DNA of 48,978 nucleotides from a virus (Duplodnaviria > Caudoviricetes), in IMG/VR virus record IMGVR_UViG_3300032257_000021, positions 1-48,978 of that record. The stretch is one strand, 5' to 3'. This document shows positions 20,745 through 31,349 of this stretch, in pieces. Positions within the stretch are counted from its first letter, which is position 1. Every line of letters begins with the position of its first letter. The position numbers were made by a program, and so were the translations under genes. The notes under the pieces were generated by a model that worked only from the letters and a program-made list of their open reading frames with translations, had not been told where the DNA came from and ran no database searches.

Positions 20745-20770
20745 AAAGGGAAGGGACTCCTAAGAGTCCC
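20745..20770 (-). terminator. Hairpin / weak terminator
   Basis: GGGACTC-TTAG-GAGTCCC-TTCCCTTT on the minus strand. Confidence 0.5.
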
Positions 20771-20777
20771 AACACAC

Positions 20778-21266
20778 TTACGCTATGTATTCAAGAACTA
20801 ATTCAGCTTCACCAGCTGTAAAAGAACCAGTAGCAGCTACAACTAAGTAACCATCTACACTTAAGCGTTGACCACATAATACACCTGAGTTAGTGCCTGC
20901 ATGTAGAGAAGCTGTTAACGCTGTACCTACAGAAGCGTCAATATCAGCTAATACTAGGGCATCGAATAAACCATCAGCATCAATAGCTGTTGATCCATCA
21001 TTCTGCTCTAAACCAATATCATAACTCGTACCACTAGCAAAAGCTGTAGTAGTGTTGAAATAAGCATCAACAACCATAGCACCAGCTGGAACAAATGCTC
21101 GCAGAGCATCAGTACCACCACCGGGTAGGTCATCATAACTAAACTTATATGTAATTTGTTTTACTTTACCGTGAGTGTGTACTTGACCACCATTAGTCTC
21201 GTTAGTTGAACGAGTTTCATAGTGAGTTTGTACTCCACCTCGGCCTGCGCTTGTTTCAAGTCCCAT
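20778..21266 (-). CDS. Putative capsid decoration/minor capsid protein
   Basis: Directly after the MCP with a strong AGGAG RBS; beta-rich. Confidence 0.6.
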   Translation of the reverse strand: MGLETSAGRGGVQTHYETRSTNETNGGQVHTHGKVKQITYKFSYDDLPGGGTDALRAFVPAGAMVVDAYFNTTTAFASGTSYDIGLEQNDGSTAIDADGLFDALVLADIDASVGTALTASLHAGTNSGVLCGQRLSVDGYLVVAATGSFTAGEAELVLEYIA

Positions 21267-21277
21267 TATATATCTCC

Positions 21278-22231
21278 TTAATAACTTGAGTTAGAAGTAC
21301 CGAGGATAGCCAAGGTATCTAAACGTTGTGCACCAATACCGTAACGACCAGTTGTTTGGAACTTGTCTTCACGAGCTTCTGGGTCACGCCAGCCTTCAAC
21401 AGAAGGACGTTTGCGCCATGCAGTCATCATTGGACGAGCATTGTCGTCAGCAATATTCATGAACACATTTGCTACACCACCGCTAGAAGCAATAGTAGTA
21501 GTACCGTCACCCATTGTTACTGGTTTGTTTAACAGATTTGATGTATAAATATCCCAACCAAAGATGTTACGAATGAACTTATGATTCTGTTCAAAACCTG
21601 TGGTTACAATACCCTCAAACATAGGGTTGTTTGATACATTAACTAAGTTGGTCATGCCATTTAATGTGGCTTCAACAACAGGGTCAACGATAGCAATACG
21701 ACCAGCTTGAGAAACATTAGCTTTATCAAATGCTAGTTTCATGTCAATGAAATGTGACAACGCAATAACATTGTTAGTTTCAGCAGACACAAGACGATGA
21801 GCAAAGCTATTGACGTTGTTAGCAGCAGCATTAGTTTGAGCATCATTACAAGCTTTCAAGAAAGCTGTTTCATGTGACTCGCCTATTGCTCGTGCAGCTT
21901 CCATACCACGCATAGCCATCAACTGTTCTAGTTGTGCACTATCTTGACGTAGTTCGTCATTAACAGCCCATGCATCACCTTCATAGGTGGAGATGGACAG
22001 ATTAACAGTACCAGTGTCGATAGCATTAAACGTCATTGGTACGCCTTCAGTTACATCCTGAATTGTGGCACTACCAACTGATTTGATATTTAAAGTTGTA
22101 CCAGAACCGAAATCTGATACGTCCCTACTCATGCCTACAGGCAAGAGCACATCTGGAAGATTTTCCAGAATAAAGTTTGAATACTGTTGCGCTTCTATAA
22201 ACGCAGTAGTATTAGATGTATTTTGAACCAT
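21278..22231 (-). CDS. Major capsid protein
   Basis: 317 aa; NTTAFIEAQQYSNFIL N-terminus resembles SIO1-like capsids; follows the scaffold; biased codon usage. Confidence 0.85.
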   Translation of the reverse strand: MVQNTSNTTAFIEAQQYSNFILENLPDVLLPVGMSRDVSDFGSGTTLNIKSVGSATIQDVTEGVPMTFNAIDTGTVNLSISTYEGDAWAVNDELRQDSAQLEQLMAMRGMEAARAIGESHETAFLKACNDAQTNAAANNVNSFAHRLVSAETNNVIALSHFIDMKLAFDKANVSQAGRIAIVDPVVEATLNGMTNLVNVSNNPMFEGIVTTGFEQNHKFIRNIFGWDIYTSNLLNKPVTMGDGTTTIASSGGVANVFMNIADDNARPMMTAWRKRPSVEGWRDPEAREDKFQTTGRYGIGAQRLDTLAILGTSNSSY

Positions 22232-22251
22232 TGTTTATCTCCAATAATGAT

Positions 22252-22944
22252 TTATGTTTTGGGGGCAGCAGCTCTAAAAGCCTTCACCATATCTTTTGAA
22301 GAAGCTCCTAGAGGAACTTTAGCTGATACGGGATCTGCTTCTCTTTGCTGCAAGCTTTCTGTATTGACTGAACCTGTCGATGTTGCTACAGTTGGTGCTG
22401 GTGTTCCATTCCCTAATAGCTGTAATACAGCATCAGGAGACTGAGAAGCTAACGTATTAAGAGCTGAGACGGACATACCCACCTTACCACTTAATGTATT
22501 ATAAACCTCTTCTGCCTTATCACCATACTGCTCCTTCATGGCTGTCACCACTCGTTGCTGGTTGGCGTTTGCAACACTAGCCTGCTCTTTAGCAGACAAC
22601 TTCTGTTCAATCAGTTGATCTAAAACATTAGGATCAAGCTTAGGAGTTTGCGCTTGCTCTGCTGGCTTGCCTTGTTTTAGTTCTTGAAGCATTTCTTCAA
22701 CACTCTGCTTACTTTCCAACTCTGTTCGGTATGTTTTGTTTTCCGACTCTAAAGTAGAAATATGCTCTTGTTTAGCATTAAAGCTCTTAACAAAATCAGC
22801 ATGTGTAGCGAATTGCCTTCCTTCCCCTACATATTCACTTAACGGGTCTGTTACTGTGGACGTAGTAGTTTCAGTAGTAGTCTCAGCTGTCACTTCGACT
22901 TTTGGAGTTTCCTCCGAGTTAAATATAGTATCTTGGTCAGACAT
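22252..22944 (-). CDS. Capsid scaffolding protein
   Basis: Acidic, coiled-coil; immediately upstream of the MCP. Confidence 0.75.
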   Translation of the reverse strand: MSDQDTIFNSEETPKVEVTAETTTETTTSTVTDPLSEYVGEGRQFATHADFVKSFNAKQEHISTLESENKTYRTELESKQSVEEMLQELKQGKPAEQAQTPKLDPNVLDQLIEQKLSAKEQASVANANQQRVVTAMKEQYGDKAEEVYNTLSGKVGMSVSALNTLASQSPDAVLQLLGNGTPAPTVATSTGSVNTESLQQREADPVSAKVPLGASSKDMVKAFRAAAPKT

Positions 22945-22954
22945 AATGTATTCC

Positions 22955-23206
22955 TTAATCTTTTGGTAATAGGTCTATCACCATTCGTAGTTTTTTCTGC
23001 TCTCCTAGCTTAGCTGCTTGGAACTCAGACCATGCTGGAAGAGAGTAGTTATCTTCCTTTGCAGCTTCCTTAAGGGAAGCTTGCAAGTCTTCTTCTAACA
23101 TCTTCTTCAGTCTATTTAAGACATCACGAGATGCTACAATTCTTTTCTTAAATTCTGTCTTGTCCTTTGGAGGAAGGCCATTTGTCCATTGAGAGGACAG
23201 CCTCAT
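22955..23206 (-). CDS. Hypothetical protein
   Basis: Helical 83-aa protein between portal and scaffold. Confidence 0.65.
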   Translation of the reverse strand: MRLSSQWTNGLPPKDKTEFKKRIVASRDVLNRLKKMLEEDLQASLKEAAKEDNYSLPAWSEFQAAKLGEQKKLRMVIDLLPKD

Positions 23207-23406
23207 TTCTTTTTCCTAGTTCGTATTTCTTTACGCTTCTTCTCTGCTTGTGCTCTAGACAGATGATTCTGAGAAGGGCCGGGATGTTTCTTTCCTGTCT
23301 TATGGACAGGAGGAGATCCTTTCTTCTTAGGCTTTGGTTTGGCTGTAGCCTTCTTAACAGCTACCCTAGACTTGTTCTTTAATTTATCCATTATACCTTT
23401 AGGCAT
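23203..23406 (-). CDS. Small Lys-rich basic protein
   Basis: Very basic composition; AGGAG RBS. Confidence 0.55.
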   Translation of the reverse strand: MPKGIMDKLKNKSRVAVKKATAKPKPKKKGSPPVHKTGKKHPGPSQNHLSRAQAEKKRKEIRTRKKK

Positions 23407-23417
23407 AAGAATTTCTC

Positions 23418-23762
23418 CTAAACTTTAGTGTGAGAGATGACAGCATTGGCGGCACTAGCTCCCTTCTGATTAACTCTCAAATCTACAAATGTCCCTTTAA
23501 TTTCTAGGCAGACATTTACAGCAGCTTCTACTACATGAGTGGCAGAAGCTGTAGCTACAAGACTACGCCCTGCGACAGCAGGTATCCAGTTTGTGCCATC
23601 AATACTTACATCCACATCCACTGTTGCTAGAGTAGATTCTATATAATGAATATTGTAGTCCGTTAGCTTTCGTACATTAGTAGAAGCTAGATAGATTACA
23701 TCATTATCGTTTGTACCTTGGGTTCCTGTGGTGAATACATAATCACCTGATCGCTTTGCCAT
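23418..23762 (-). CDS. Hypothetical (possibly structural) protein
   Basis: Beta-rich; coupled in the operon. Confidence 0.6.
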   Translation of the reverse strand: MAKRSGDYVFTTGTQGTNDNDVIYLASTNVRKLTDYNIHYIESTLATVDVDVSIDGTNWIPAVAGRSLVATASATHVVEAAVNVCLEIKGTFVDLRVNQKGASAANAVISHTKV

Positions 23763-24010
23763 TATTTCTTCCTCTTAGCTGTCTTTGTTCGTTTAAAACT
23801 TCTGTTCTTACTTGGGCTTTGTTTTCCTATCACTTTGCCTTTAGCTTTTGGCTTAGCGTGTGCTATGTCTTTCCCATCACCATTTCCATATGTACCAGCC
23901 TTATGATTGGCTGCATTGTTACGAGCTCGCTGCTTCTTAGCAGCTGGCTTGGAGTGGTAGTTGGCATACTCTTTCTTATAATTACGTTTAGCTTTCTTCT
24001 TAGCTGGCAT
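23762..24010 (-). CDS. Basic HNH-like small protein
   Basis: RNYKKEY...RA...GDGKDIAH...SKNRS pattern. Confidence 0.55.
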   Translation of the reverse strand: MPAKKKAKRNYKKEYANYHSKPAAKKQRARNNAANHKAGTYGNGDGKDIAHAKPKAKGKVIGKQSPSKNRSFKRTKTAKRKK

Positions 24011-25797
24011 TAGAATTCCTCTGTAGGTAGCTCTTCAGCCCCTTCTTCCTCTACAGGGGTGGCTGCTTCCACTTCTAAGTCCTCTGAGGCTTGTTGTACA
24101 AGTCTCTGACTCTCTGCTTGTTCCATAATAGCGACATTATCTGATACAAGATCAAACTTCTTCATACCAGAGATTTCCTCAAATAGAAGGGCTGCAAGCT
24201 TCTTACCAGAGACATGATTCATTAGTCCCGGAACAGCTGCTGCTATCTGTATACCACCTGATAGGTTTTGTATCAGCTGAGCTGTAGCAGCGAAATGTCT
24301 CGCCCCTATAGGGCGTAGCTTACCTTCTGCTGTTATGTCTTCTTTTGTTATGTCTAGGAATTCAGCAACGCCTAAGTCATCATCCATAACACGTATCAAA
24401 TCCTTACCAGACAGATTACGTCTGCCACTCTCTAGATACATATTAAGAGCAGGTTCCACCATATTAATTTCAAAATTAACTATCTTATCCTGAAAAATCC
24501 TACCTGCTGCGTTCTCAAGAGTTTGTACCTCGTATGCTGTTTTCTCACCCGGTGTACGTATCCCCATTGCTTGCTTCGGAGCCCCAGCGAATTCTTCCAT
24601 CTTCTGCTCAAGTATCGCAATCTGGGTATCTGCTTGTAATGCTGTGCTATCCACTGCCAAGACATCAACTTCTCCATCATCTCCAAGGTATATTTCAGCT
24701 AAAGGGCCCCATTCAAACTCTTCTACATTACCCCGAATTTTTAGGGGTGGGTGAGCAATCAAATCAAATAGGTCAGCTTTGATATTCTCAAGATGATCTA
24801 TTCTATATTGCATACCAACTAGATTATCTAGCGGCCCCATAGCATATAGATTGTCTGGGCGTAGTCTCCAACCAACATGAAACTTATTACTCTTACCAAC
24901 CCAATAAGGAGCTGTCTCTTGTCGTAATACATGTGTCCTGTCTACAATAGTGATGATTTGGTTACGTAGCAACTCACCACTACCCGGATCATGTATATCA
25001 CCTTCAAGCTCTAAGAGCTCTACATAATTGGAGCTATAATACTCTTGTAAGCTACCAAAGCCATCAATTACATACCCTTCTTGCTTATCTAGGTCTGATG
25101 TATCAAAGGCAGGGACATTCTTTCGTATGTCCTGTATTTTCTCTATTGTATCCTTTAGATAGCCAAGCTCTGGCTTGTCTTCAGCATCTTGCTTAAGTTC
25201 ACCAATAGTTTTTAAATATCGTGTTATTTTAGGACTATCTTTAAAACTGATAGCAGTTGGATTGAATACAATGTCTAAAGGGCTAATTCTATACAGCCTT
25301 GGCCCTACATATACATCTGTCACTTCTCCTGTAATAGGATCTGTAACAGTTTCATTTACAAACTTAACTTCACCGAATGCATTACCATAGTCTATATAAT
25401 CATACAATAGACGAGAGACAGTGTTACGAAAATCTGACAGTCTCACTTTATTAGAGACATATCCTTCAATAGCTGCTCGCTTTTCTGCTACTTCGGCTTC
25501 TTCTGAATACCCTTCCCATTTAATCCAATTGTCATTAGGAAAGAGAGCTGCCATGTAATTAGCATGTAAATTGTCTCTTATTTGACATAGCTTAGGCAAT
25601 GTCGTTGTATTCGTCCAAGGCAGCGTGCTATTACTTGTCTTACTTGTATCTGTAGCAAATATATAGTTACGGAGCTCTTTCTTCTCATCATGCCACTTCT
25701 TTCTGTCTCCATGCTTCTGAATCCAGTCGTGGGCAATTATATCCGCCAGATTATCCTTATCTAAATAGTATTCAAACTCACTTACACTACCCGGCAT
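24010..25797 (-). CDS. Portal protein
   Basis: 595 aa following TerL; RISPLDIVFNP and GIRTPGEKTAYEV motifs. Confidence 0.85.
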   Translation of the reverse strand: MPGSVSEFEYYLDKDNLADIIAHDWIQKHGDRKKWHDEKKELRNYIFATDTSKTSNSTLPWTNTTTLPKLCQIRDNLHANYMAALFPNDNWIKWEGYSEEAEVAEKRAAIEGYVSNKVRLSDFRNTVSRLLYDYIDYGNAFGEVKFVNETVTDPITGEVTDVYVGPRLYRISPLDIVFNPTAISFKDSPKITRYLKTIGELKQDAEDKPELGYLKDTIEKIQDIRKNVPAFDTSDLDKQEGYVIDGFGSLQEYYSSNYVELLELEGDIHDPGSGELLRNQIITIVDRTHVLRQETAPYWVGKSNKFHVGWRLRPDNLYAMGPLDNLVGMQYRIDHLENIKADLFDLIAHPPLKIRGNVEEFEWGPLAEIYLGDDGEVDVLAVDSTALQADTQIAILEQKMEEFAGAPKQAMGIRTPGEKTAYEVQTLENAAGRIFQDKIVNFEINMVEPALNMYLESGRRNLSGKDLIRVMDDDLGVAEFLDITKEDITAEGKLRPIGARHFAATAQLIQNLSGGIQIAAAVPGLMNHVSGKKLAALLFEEISGMKKFDLVSDNVAIMEQAESQRLVQQASEDLEVEAATPVEEEGAEELPTEEF

Positions 25798-27341
25798 TAT
25801 CTCAAGCCTCCAAATCTGCTATGTGTCAATACCTTCGCTTTTGTTCTATTTCTCATAGCATGTCTCGCTGGTGGTAGGGCTATATCAATGGCAGATGCTA
25901 ATGCATCCATACAATCGTCATGTGGAGGGTGAGCTACAATAAGCTCCTCTTCCAGTATTTGACAATTGCCACCTCGATAGTGCCATATAGCTAAATTGTC
26001 ATATCTAGGCTCAAGGATGGCAGACATACGTTCCTGCTTTGTTCCCTGACCTCGTGTAGGTCTAAATTCATCAATACTCAGTTGCATTCCATGCTTACGA
26101 ATATGATTGTGCTTTAAGTCTTTTACAATAACATCCTGTCCAACATTCACCTCAGCTCTTAGCTTTCTAAAGCCCCATTTAACATGGAGATGGAGAATGT
26201 GTTCAAAATAAGCACTGATTCTATCTGTCTTAAATCTGTCAATATCTAATACGTATATATTGCTATCAGGATCTATACCAATAACAACTATGGCTGTATA
26301 ATCCGCTTTCTGATTTAAACTGAAAGCAAAGTCAATAGATGCAAAGACATTTAACGGCTTGTCTTTATAATACCATGTTCCTTCAAACTGATCTAAGTAT
26401 TTCTTATCGTAATACTGGAACAGGTTGGTAGCAATACGCTGCCCTTCAGGATCATTGGGGTCGTTATAGTATTGAGCGTAAAACTGGGTGCGATCTAAGT
26501 ATTTAGCTCTCTTCTTAGCGAGAATACCAATATCAAATCCAAACCACTTACCATCTGTACGCCTCTGTCTAGGCCAAAGGAACTGGCCTGTGCCATCTCC
26601 ATTGTCCTCCACCTTCCTCTCGAATATCTCGTAGATAGGTAGTGACCCCGTTAGTTCTCCTTCGTCAGAATATATATCCTCTTCCATTTCCATTAGGTCT
26701 TGGTAGAGGTCTTTAGGATGGTAGCGTGTTCCCACTACCCACTCCTGACTTTCTGCCTTCTCAATGGAAGCCAGAAGGGAATATTGCTCTCTTACTCTTT
26801 GTCGGCCTTCAGCCGTATAAGCATTTTCTTTAACAACGACATCATCCAAGACAGCAAGATCAAAATGAAGCCCGGTAATAGAAGTCGTAAGCCCTGCGGA
26901 AAAGATTGTTGGATCTCGTACACCCTCTTCTTTGCGTTTAGGATGATCGACAGAGATTTCTGTAGTAGTCCACCTTTCACGTTTTCCTTCCTCTTTATTA
27001 ACCATGTCAGGCCAATACTTCTGGTATTTGGCTGATGTTAGTATGTTCTTTATAAAATACAGCTGCTTCTCTGCGAGATTCGCTGTAGAGCTTATGTACA
27101 ACACTGTTGTGTCTGGATGGGTAGTTATCCACCATGCTACACGATATGCCACCATACTACTCTTACAATGATCTCGTGGGAGCAATACTAATTGGTGGTC
27201 TTCAGCTCCATCCCTTGTCCAGAAGTCTATAAGCTCTTCATGTATAGAGCCCAGCACTCTGTGTGGGGCTACAAGCTTTATAAATGCAGAGAGGTCTGCT
27301 TCTGCTGCTTCTCTAATTTCATCGTGGGTTACTTTAGACAT
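25797..27341 (-). CDS. terL: Terminase large subunit
   Basis: LLPRDHCKS Walker A variant, LAVLDD Walker B, SIDFAF and HDDCMDALA nuclease motifs. Confidence 0.92.
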   Translation of the reverse strand: MSKVTHDEIREAAEADLSAFIKLVAPHRVLGSIHEELIDFWTRDGAEDHQLVLLPRDHCKSSMVAYRVAWWITTHPDTTVLYISSTANLAEKQLYFIKNILTSAKYQKYWPDMVNKEEGKRERWTTTEISVDHPKRKEEGVRDPTIFSAGLTTSITGLHFDLAVLDDVVVKENAYTAEGRQRVREQYSLLASIEKAESQEWVVGTRYHPKDLYQDLMEMEEDIYSDEGELTGSLPIYEIFERKVEDNGDGTGQFLWPRQRRTDGKWFGFDIGILAKKRAKYLDRTQFYAQYYNDPNDPEGQRIATNLFQYYDKKYLDQFEGTWYYKDKPLNVFASIDFAFSLNQKADYTAIVVIGIDPDSNIYVLDIDRFKTDRISAYFEHILHLHVKWGFRKLRAEVNVGQDVIVKDLKHNHIRKHGMQLSIDEFRPTRGQGTKQERMSAILEPRYDNLAIWHYRGGNCQILEEELIVAHPPHDDCMDALASAIDIALPPARHAMRNRTKAKVLTHSRFGGLR

Positions 27342-29417
27342 CTACCACTGTGCCGCATAGACAGGAACAAATCCTAAACTAGCTCCATCTTTATCAAATA
27401 TTTCTACAGCGTTAGCTGTAGCACCAGAAGGCGTATTTGTATTTGCAGCTGCGTTAGGAGCTTGAATTAACTCAGGTGTTTTCACATAAGGTCTAGCACC
27501 ATATTGAGTGTGCCTACCATTAATTAGGTATACACCATCCACATGTATCGACCCATCTACTGTATCCGCAGGATAATAACCAAACTCTACATTGAACTTG
27601 GTCATAGATGTAGTTAGATTTACATGATGAATTAATGTAAACCATTTTCCATCGTCACCAAATACAGGCTGGTCATTCGTTGCCTCATCTGTAGTCTGAT
27701 TATAGGAGATTAAGTAGTTCTCACCTGTTGTGGACGTACCTAAGTCTGACTCTATTCTACATCGAATGGGTGCTGCGTTTGAGCTATAAGGTCTACATAC
27801 CACTGCCACTGTCACATACTCAAAGTTTTTTGATAGCGTCTGTAGTACAGATCCTGATAATGGCATGTAACTAGCCACATCCTGTCCAAACCCATATAAG
27901 TTATTTGCAACAGGATTAGTAACTTCTATCCTTACTGCATTATTATATGTGAGTGTATTAGAGCTCCCTGTCCGTTGGAGAATACCTAATGTAGCTGTAG
28001 CCTCATCTTTCCTAGCAACCCAACTATGTGCGAAACTAGCTGCATCACTTATATTACTACTACCACCTGTCCAGAGTGCAAAATTACTATTTACAAGTAA
28101 ACTCTCTTGCGTTTGTGGGCCACCTATACTACCTGCCTCTAAATGGTTAGCAAATGTTGATACACCTAAACTAGTTCCAGCTTCACTACCTACTTGCCTA
28201 CTTCCATCACTGTCTATAACCTGTACCATGTTAGGTACATTTTCAAGATCACGGAAGTTTATAGAATGATTCTCAGTAACAAACATAACAGGGTTTGTTG
28301 TTGTACCTGAGCCTTCAAAGTACGTGTTTCCTACTGTATTCCATTTATAGTCCATATAGACACCCCATTCTGAAGGGGTAGTACCACTTGGATCATAGCC
28401 AGCTAGGAATCCTTGTACACCTAGAATATCTATATTATTAGAAGAGGAGTCCTTAAATGTAATACCTTGGACACAGTTCCAAGATCTGATCGTTCCAATA
28501 TTACTTACACGCATACCATCGTTAGAGTTTCCAGAAGTATAAAAACCCCTGAACATATAAAACCCAACTAAGTTATCTAAATGGAGATAGTAAAGACCTT
28601 GAGTAGCAGTATCACTAAGCCTCAGATCTATTCCAGATATATTCTCTGTCACTAAATTTGCAATAGTGTCAGAGGTTCCTCTGCAATAGACATTCTTTAT
28701 TGTCTTCTCATTAACACCATGCTCACAAAAGACCCCTCTAGCATTATTAGGTGCTGAGGTCATATCAATCATGAAGTTGGCAAAAGTTGTTCTATCAGTA
28801 AGCTCAGTGGATGCTGTAGCTTGCCCTACTCTACACATACCTGTATCTGATAAGGTTGCATCATATATCAGTACAGGCCAAGGACTATCTTGACTTAATT
28901 CTGCTTCATCTGATGCCAGCTCCCCTATAATAGACACTCTAAAACAATCTAAAAGGGATGTTATTAAATACTTCCCATACGGGACAAAGATAGCTTTGTT
29001 AGAAGCTTTAGCCTCTATAATAGCATTTTGGAATGCTGTGGTATCATCAGTAGTTCCATCACCCACAGCTCCAAAGTCTACCACTACATTAATATATTCT
29101 TTCAGCTTTTCTGCTACATTAGCTAGCGTGGCTCCTGTACCAGTTTGGGTGAAAGGGACATTAGTGGCATCAGGTACTGAAAGCGTAGATCCAGCTACAA
29201 TAGACGTACCAGCAATTGTTAAAGCCTGAGTGCCTACACTGTTGACATTCAGCAAGTCATTGCTGTCCATGTCAATATCAGCTGCCATTGTATTGGGACT
29301 CGTACCGTCCCTAGACAATGTATTCTCAAATGCTGTAGCAGCGTCTGTGAAGTTTTGATTTATCAGGTCGTTAGATAAATACCCACTACTAGCTGTTACT
29401 GGTGTATACTTAGCGAT
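27342..29417 (-). CDS. Tailspike 2 (beta-helix), non-canonical ATC start
   Basis: The frame extends 33 codons upstream of the ORF-track start to ATC-GCT-AAG-TAT-ACA-CCA, matching paralog MAKYTP; DFGAVGDGTTDDT motif. Confidence 0.8.
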   Translation of the reverse strand: MAKYTPVTASSGYLSNDLINQNFTDAATAFENTLSRDGTSPNTMAADIDMDSNDLLNVNSVGTQALTIAGTSIVAGSTLSVPDATNVPFTQTGTGATLANVAEKLKEYINVVVDFGAVGDGTTDDTTAFQNAIIEAKASNKAIFVPYGKYLITSLLDCFRVSIIGELASDEAELSQDSPWPVLIYDATLSDTGMCRVGQATASTELTDRTTFANFMIDMTSAPNNARGVFCEHGVNEKTIKNVYCRGTSDTIANLVTENISGIDLRLSDTATQGLYYLHLDNLVGFYMFRGFYTSGNSNDGMRVSNIGTIRSWNCVQGITFKDSSSNNIDILGVQGFLAGYDPSGTTPSEWGVYMDYKWNTVGNTYFEGSGTTTNPVMFVTENHSINFRDLENVPNMVQVIDSDGSRQVGSEAGTSLGVSTFANHLEAGSIGGPQTQESLLVNSNFALWTGGSSNISDAASFAHSWVARKDEATATLGILQRTGSSNTLTYNNAVRIEVTNPVANNLYGFGQDVASYMPLSGSVLQTLSKNFEYVTVAVVCRPYSSNAAPIRCRIESDLGTSTTGENYLISYNQTTDEATNDQPVFGDDGKWFTLIHHVNLTTSMTKFNVEFGYYPADTVDGSIHVDGVYLINGRHTQYGARPYVKTPELIQAPNAAANTNTPSGATANAVEIFDKDGASLGFVPVYAAQW

Positions 29418-29444
29418 TGTAATTACTCACTCTCATTTGTTATT

Positions 29445-31349
29445 TTATGCCCCATTATCTGACCTACTTACTTCTTGCCACGAAGCTCCTCTACGCATGA
29501 GCATTAAGCTATCTTCGGTATTATCTAATGTGAAATCTCCCGAAATATCTAGGTTGCCTGTACCGTCTTTCACTACGACAGATCGCGCACTATTGGCAGC
29601 CACCAATATAATGGTCGAGAAATCTTCTTTGCCACTGATTGTATCTAAATCATCGCTCGAAGCGTCCGACTCCGTATCAACAATAATAGTTTGAGAGCTA
29701 CCTGTTATATCTATAGCTCCGGTAGCAATAGTATATTCATACGCAAATAAACACTGACCAGTCCTATCTAGCCATAAGTTTGTCGTGATACCCTGTGATG
29801 TATATGCAGCATTTTCAACAACGCCTTGGGATAATGCGCCACCTGTTTCAGCGTTAATATTACTCAATACACAATTATTAGTTGTTGACGTAGTGGCAGC
29901 GTTTAACTGGATGCCAGTACGATAGTTCCCTGCTGCATAACTCCAGAAATTATCAACCTCAACATAAGCACAGCTCTCAATACCCATACCAGAGTAAGTT
30001 GTATTTGGTATTCCGTTCAATGATATATTGGTTAGCTTTGTATAATCACTCAACTCTAACCAAATCGGAGTATTGTTATTAGATGGTGTCGTGTAGTCTA
30101 ATGTCCCGTCAGCAATAAAATCATTAGCGGAACTGTGTGGAAAATATGTAAATCTTAATTGATGCCCTTTGCAGTCAATGGCTTTATTACCATTCACAGT
30201 ACAATACCCACCCTTATAGGTAGCACTCGTTCCTATAAATAAGAATACTGCTGCATCTGTAACTTCCGTTAGATTACATCCTTCAGCAACATTATAAGAA
30301 ACATTATGATAATAACCAGAAGTAGCTGAGGATTCTGCTTTAATATTATAAGGATTCTTTTCCCAAGATTTTACATAGTTACCAACAACATTACAGGATT
30401 CGCTGTAGCCATTAATATAAATAGCGTGTCTACCCTGACCTGCTGAGTTTGTATTATCAAATCTATTATATAAAATATTTTGATTGTTGCCACTGGATGT
30501 TATGCCATATCCATACCCAGTGTTTAGCCCTTCAATATTTGTAAACAAGCAATACCTAACATCTAACCCATCCGAATGGTTATTAGCGATACCGACATTC
30601 CATTGGTCAAACCAAACATTGCTTACCTTGCAGCGCGTGTCCTGAGTAGTGGGATAGCTCATGGCAAATGCAGTAGCACCTGAATTCGTATTAACCCCGA
30701 TAGCTCCGTTACTTGATGGCGAGGTTTCAGACGAAGTAGCTGCCCCAAGCATTTTTAATGACTTAATATTAACGTCTGTATGTGTAGTTAATACCGCTAT
30801 ACCAAACTGTAATGTATCATCGGTTGTTTTTAGGATTGTAGACCAGCCCGAACCTTCAATAGTTTGGTAAGAGCTTCCTGTTTTTAATGGTGAAGATATT
30901 AAGTATGTTCCTGTAGGAAGAAATATCCTATATGCCCCGCTGTCTATAGCAGCTTGAATGGCTGCTGTATCGTCTGTAACACCATCACCAACAGCACCAA
31001 AGTCCTTTACAGAGACAGCTTCCTGTAGTTTAGCTTCCACTGTGGTGGCAACAGACCCTGTACCACCTTGGTCATAATCTATCTCGGAGGCATCTGAAGC
31101 TGTAAGGGCTGTAGTGGTTACTATTGTACCACCAATCTTCAGTGTTGTAGCATTAACTATCCCACCATTAAGCAGATCATTACTATTTAAGTCAATGTCT
31201 GATCCCATTGAATTAGGCGTTGAGCCATCTAAGCTCAACGTATTATCAAAGGCAGCTTCTATTCTGTCACTATTCGTATTAATAGTGGCTTGAGCAGATG
31301 TTGTATTAGCTAGATTTGTGACATCATCTAGGGGCGTATATTTAGCCAT
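29445..31349 (-). CDS. Tailspike 1 (beta-helix, pectate-lyase-like)
   Basis: Shared anchor domain; VSVKDFGAVGDGVTDDTAAIQAAI and FLPTGTY motifs. Confidence 0.85.
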   Translation of the reverse strand: MAKYTPLDDVTNLANTTSAQATINTNSDRIEAAFDNTLSLDGSTPNSMGSDIDLNSNDLLNGGIVNATTLKIGGTIVTTTALTASDASEIDYDQGGTGSVATTVEAKLQEAVSVKDFGAVGDGVTDDTAAIQAAIDSGAYRIFLPTGTYLISSPLKTGSSYQTIEGSGWSTILKTTDDTLQFGIAVLTTHTDVNIKSLKMLGAATSSETSPSSNGAIGVNTNSGATAFAMSYPTTQDTRCKVSNVWFDQWNVGIANNHSDGLDVRYCLFTNIEGLNTGYGYGITSSGNNQNILYNRFDNTNSAGQGRHAIYINGYSESCNVVGNYVKSWEKNPYNIKAESSATSGYYHNVSYNVAEGCNLTEVTDAAVFLFIGTSATYKGGYCTVNGNKAIDCKGHQLRFTYFPHSSANDFIADGTLDYTTPSNNNTPIWLELSDYTKLTNISLNGIPNTTYSGMGIESCAYVEVDNFWSYAAGNYRTGIQLNAATTSTTNNCVLSNINAETGGALSQGVVENAAYTSQGITTNLWLDRTGQCLFAYEYTIATGAIDITGSSQTIIVDTESDASSDDLDTISGKEDFSTIILVAANSARSVVVKDGTGNLDISGDFTLDNTEDSLMLMRRGASWQEVSRSDNGA

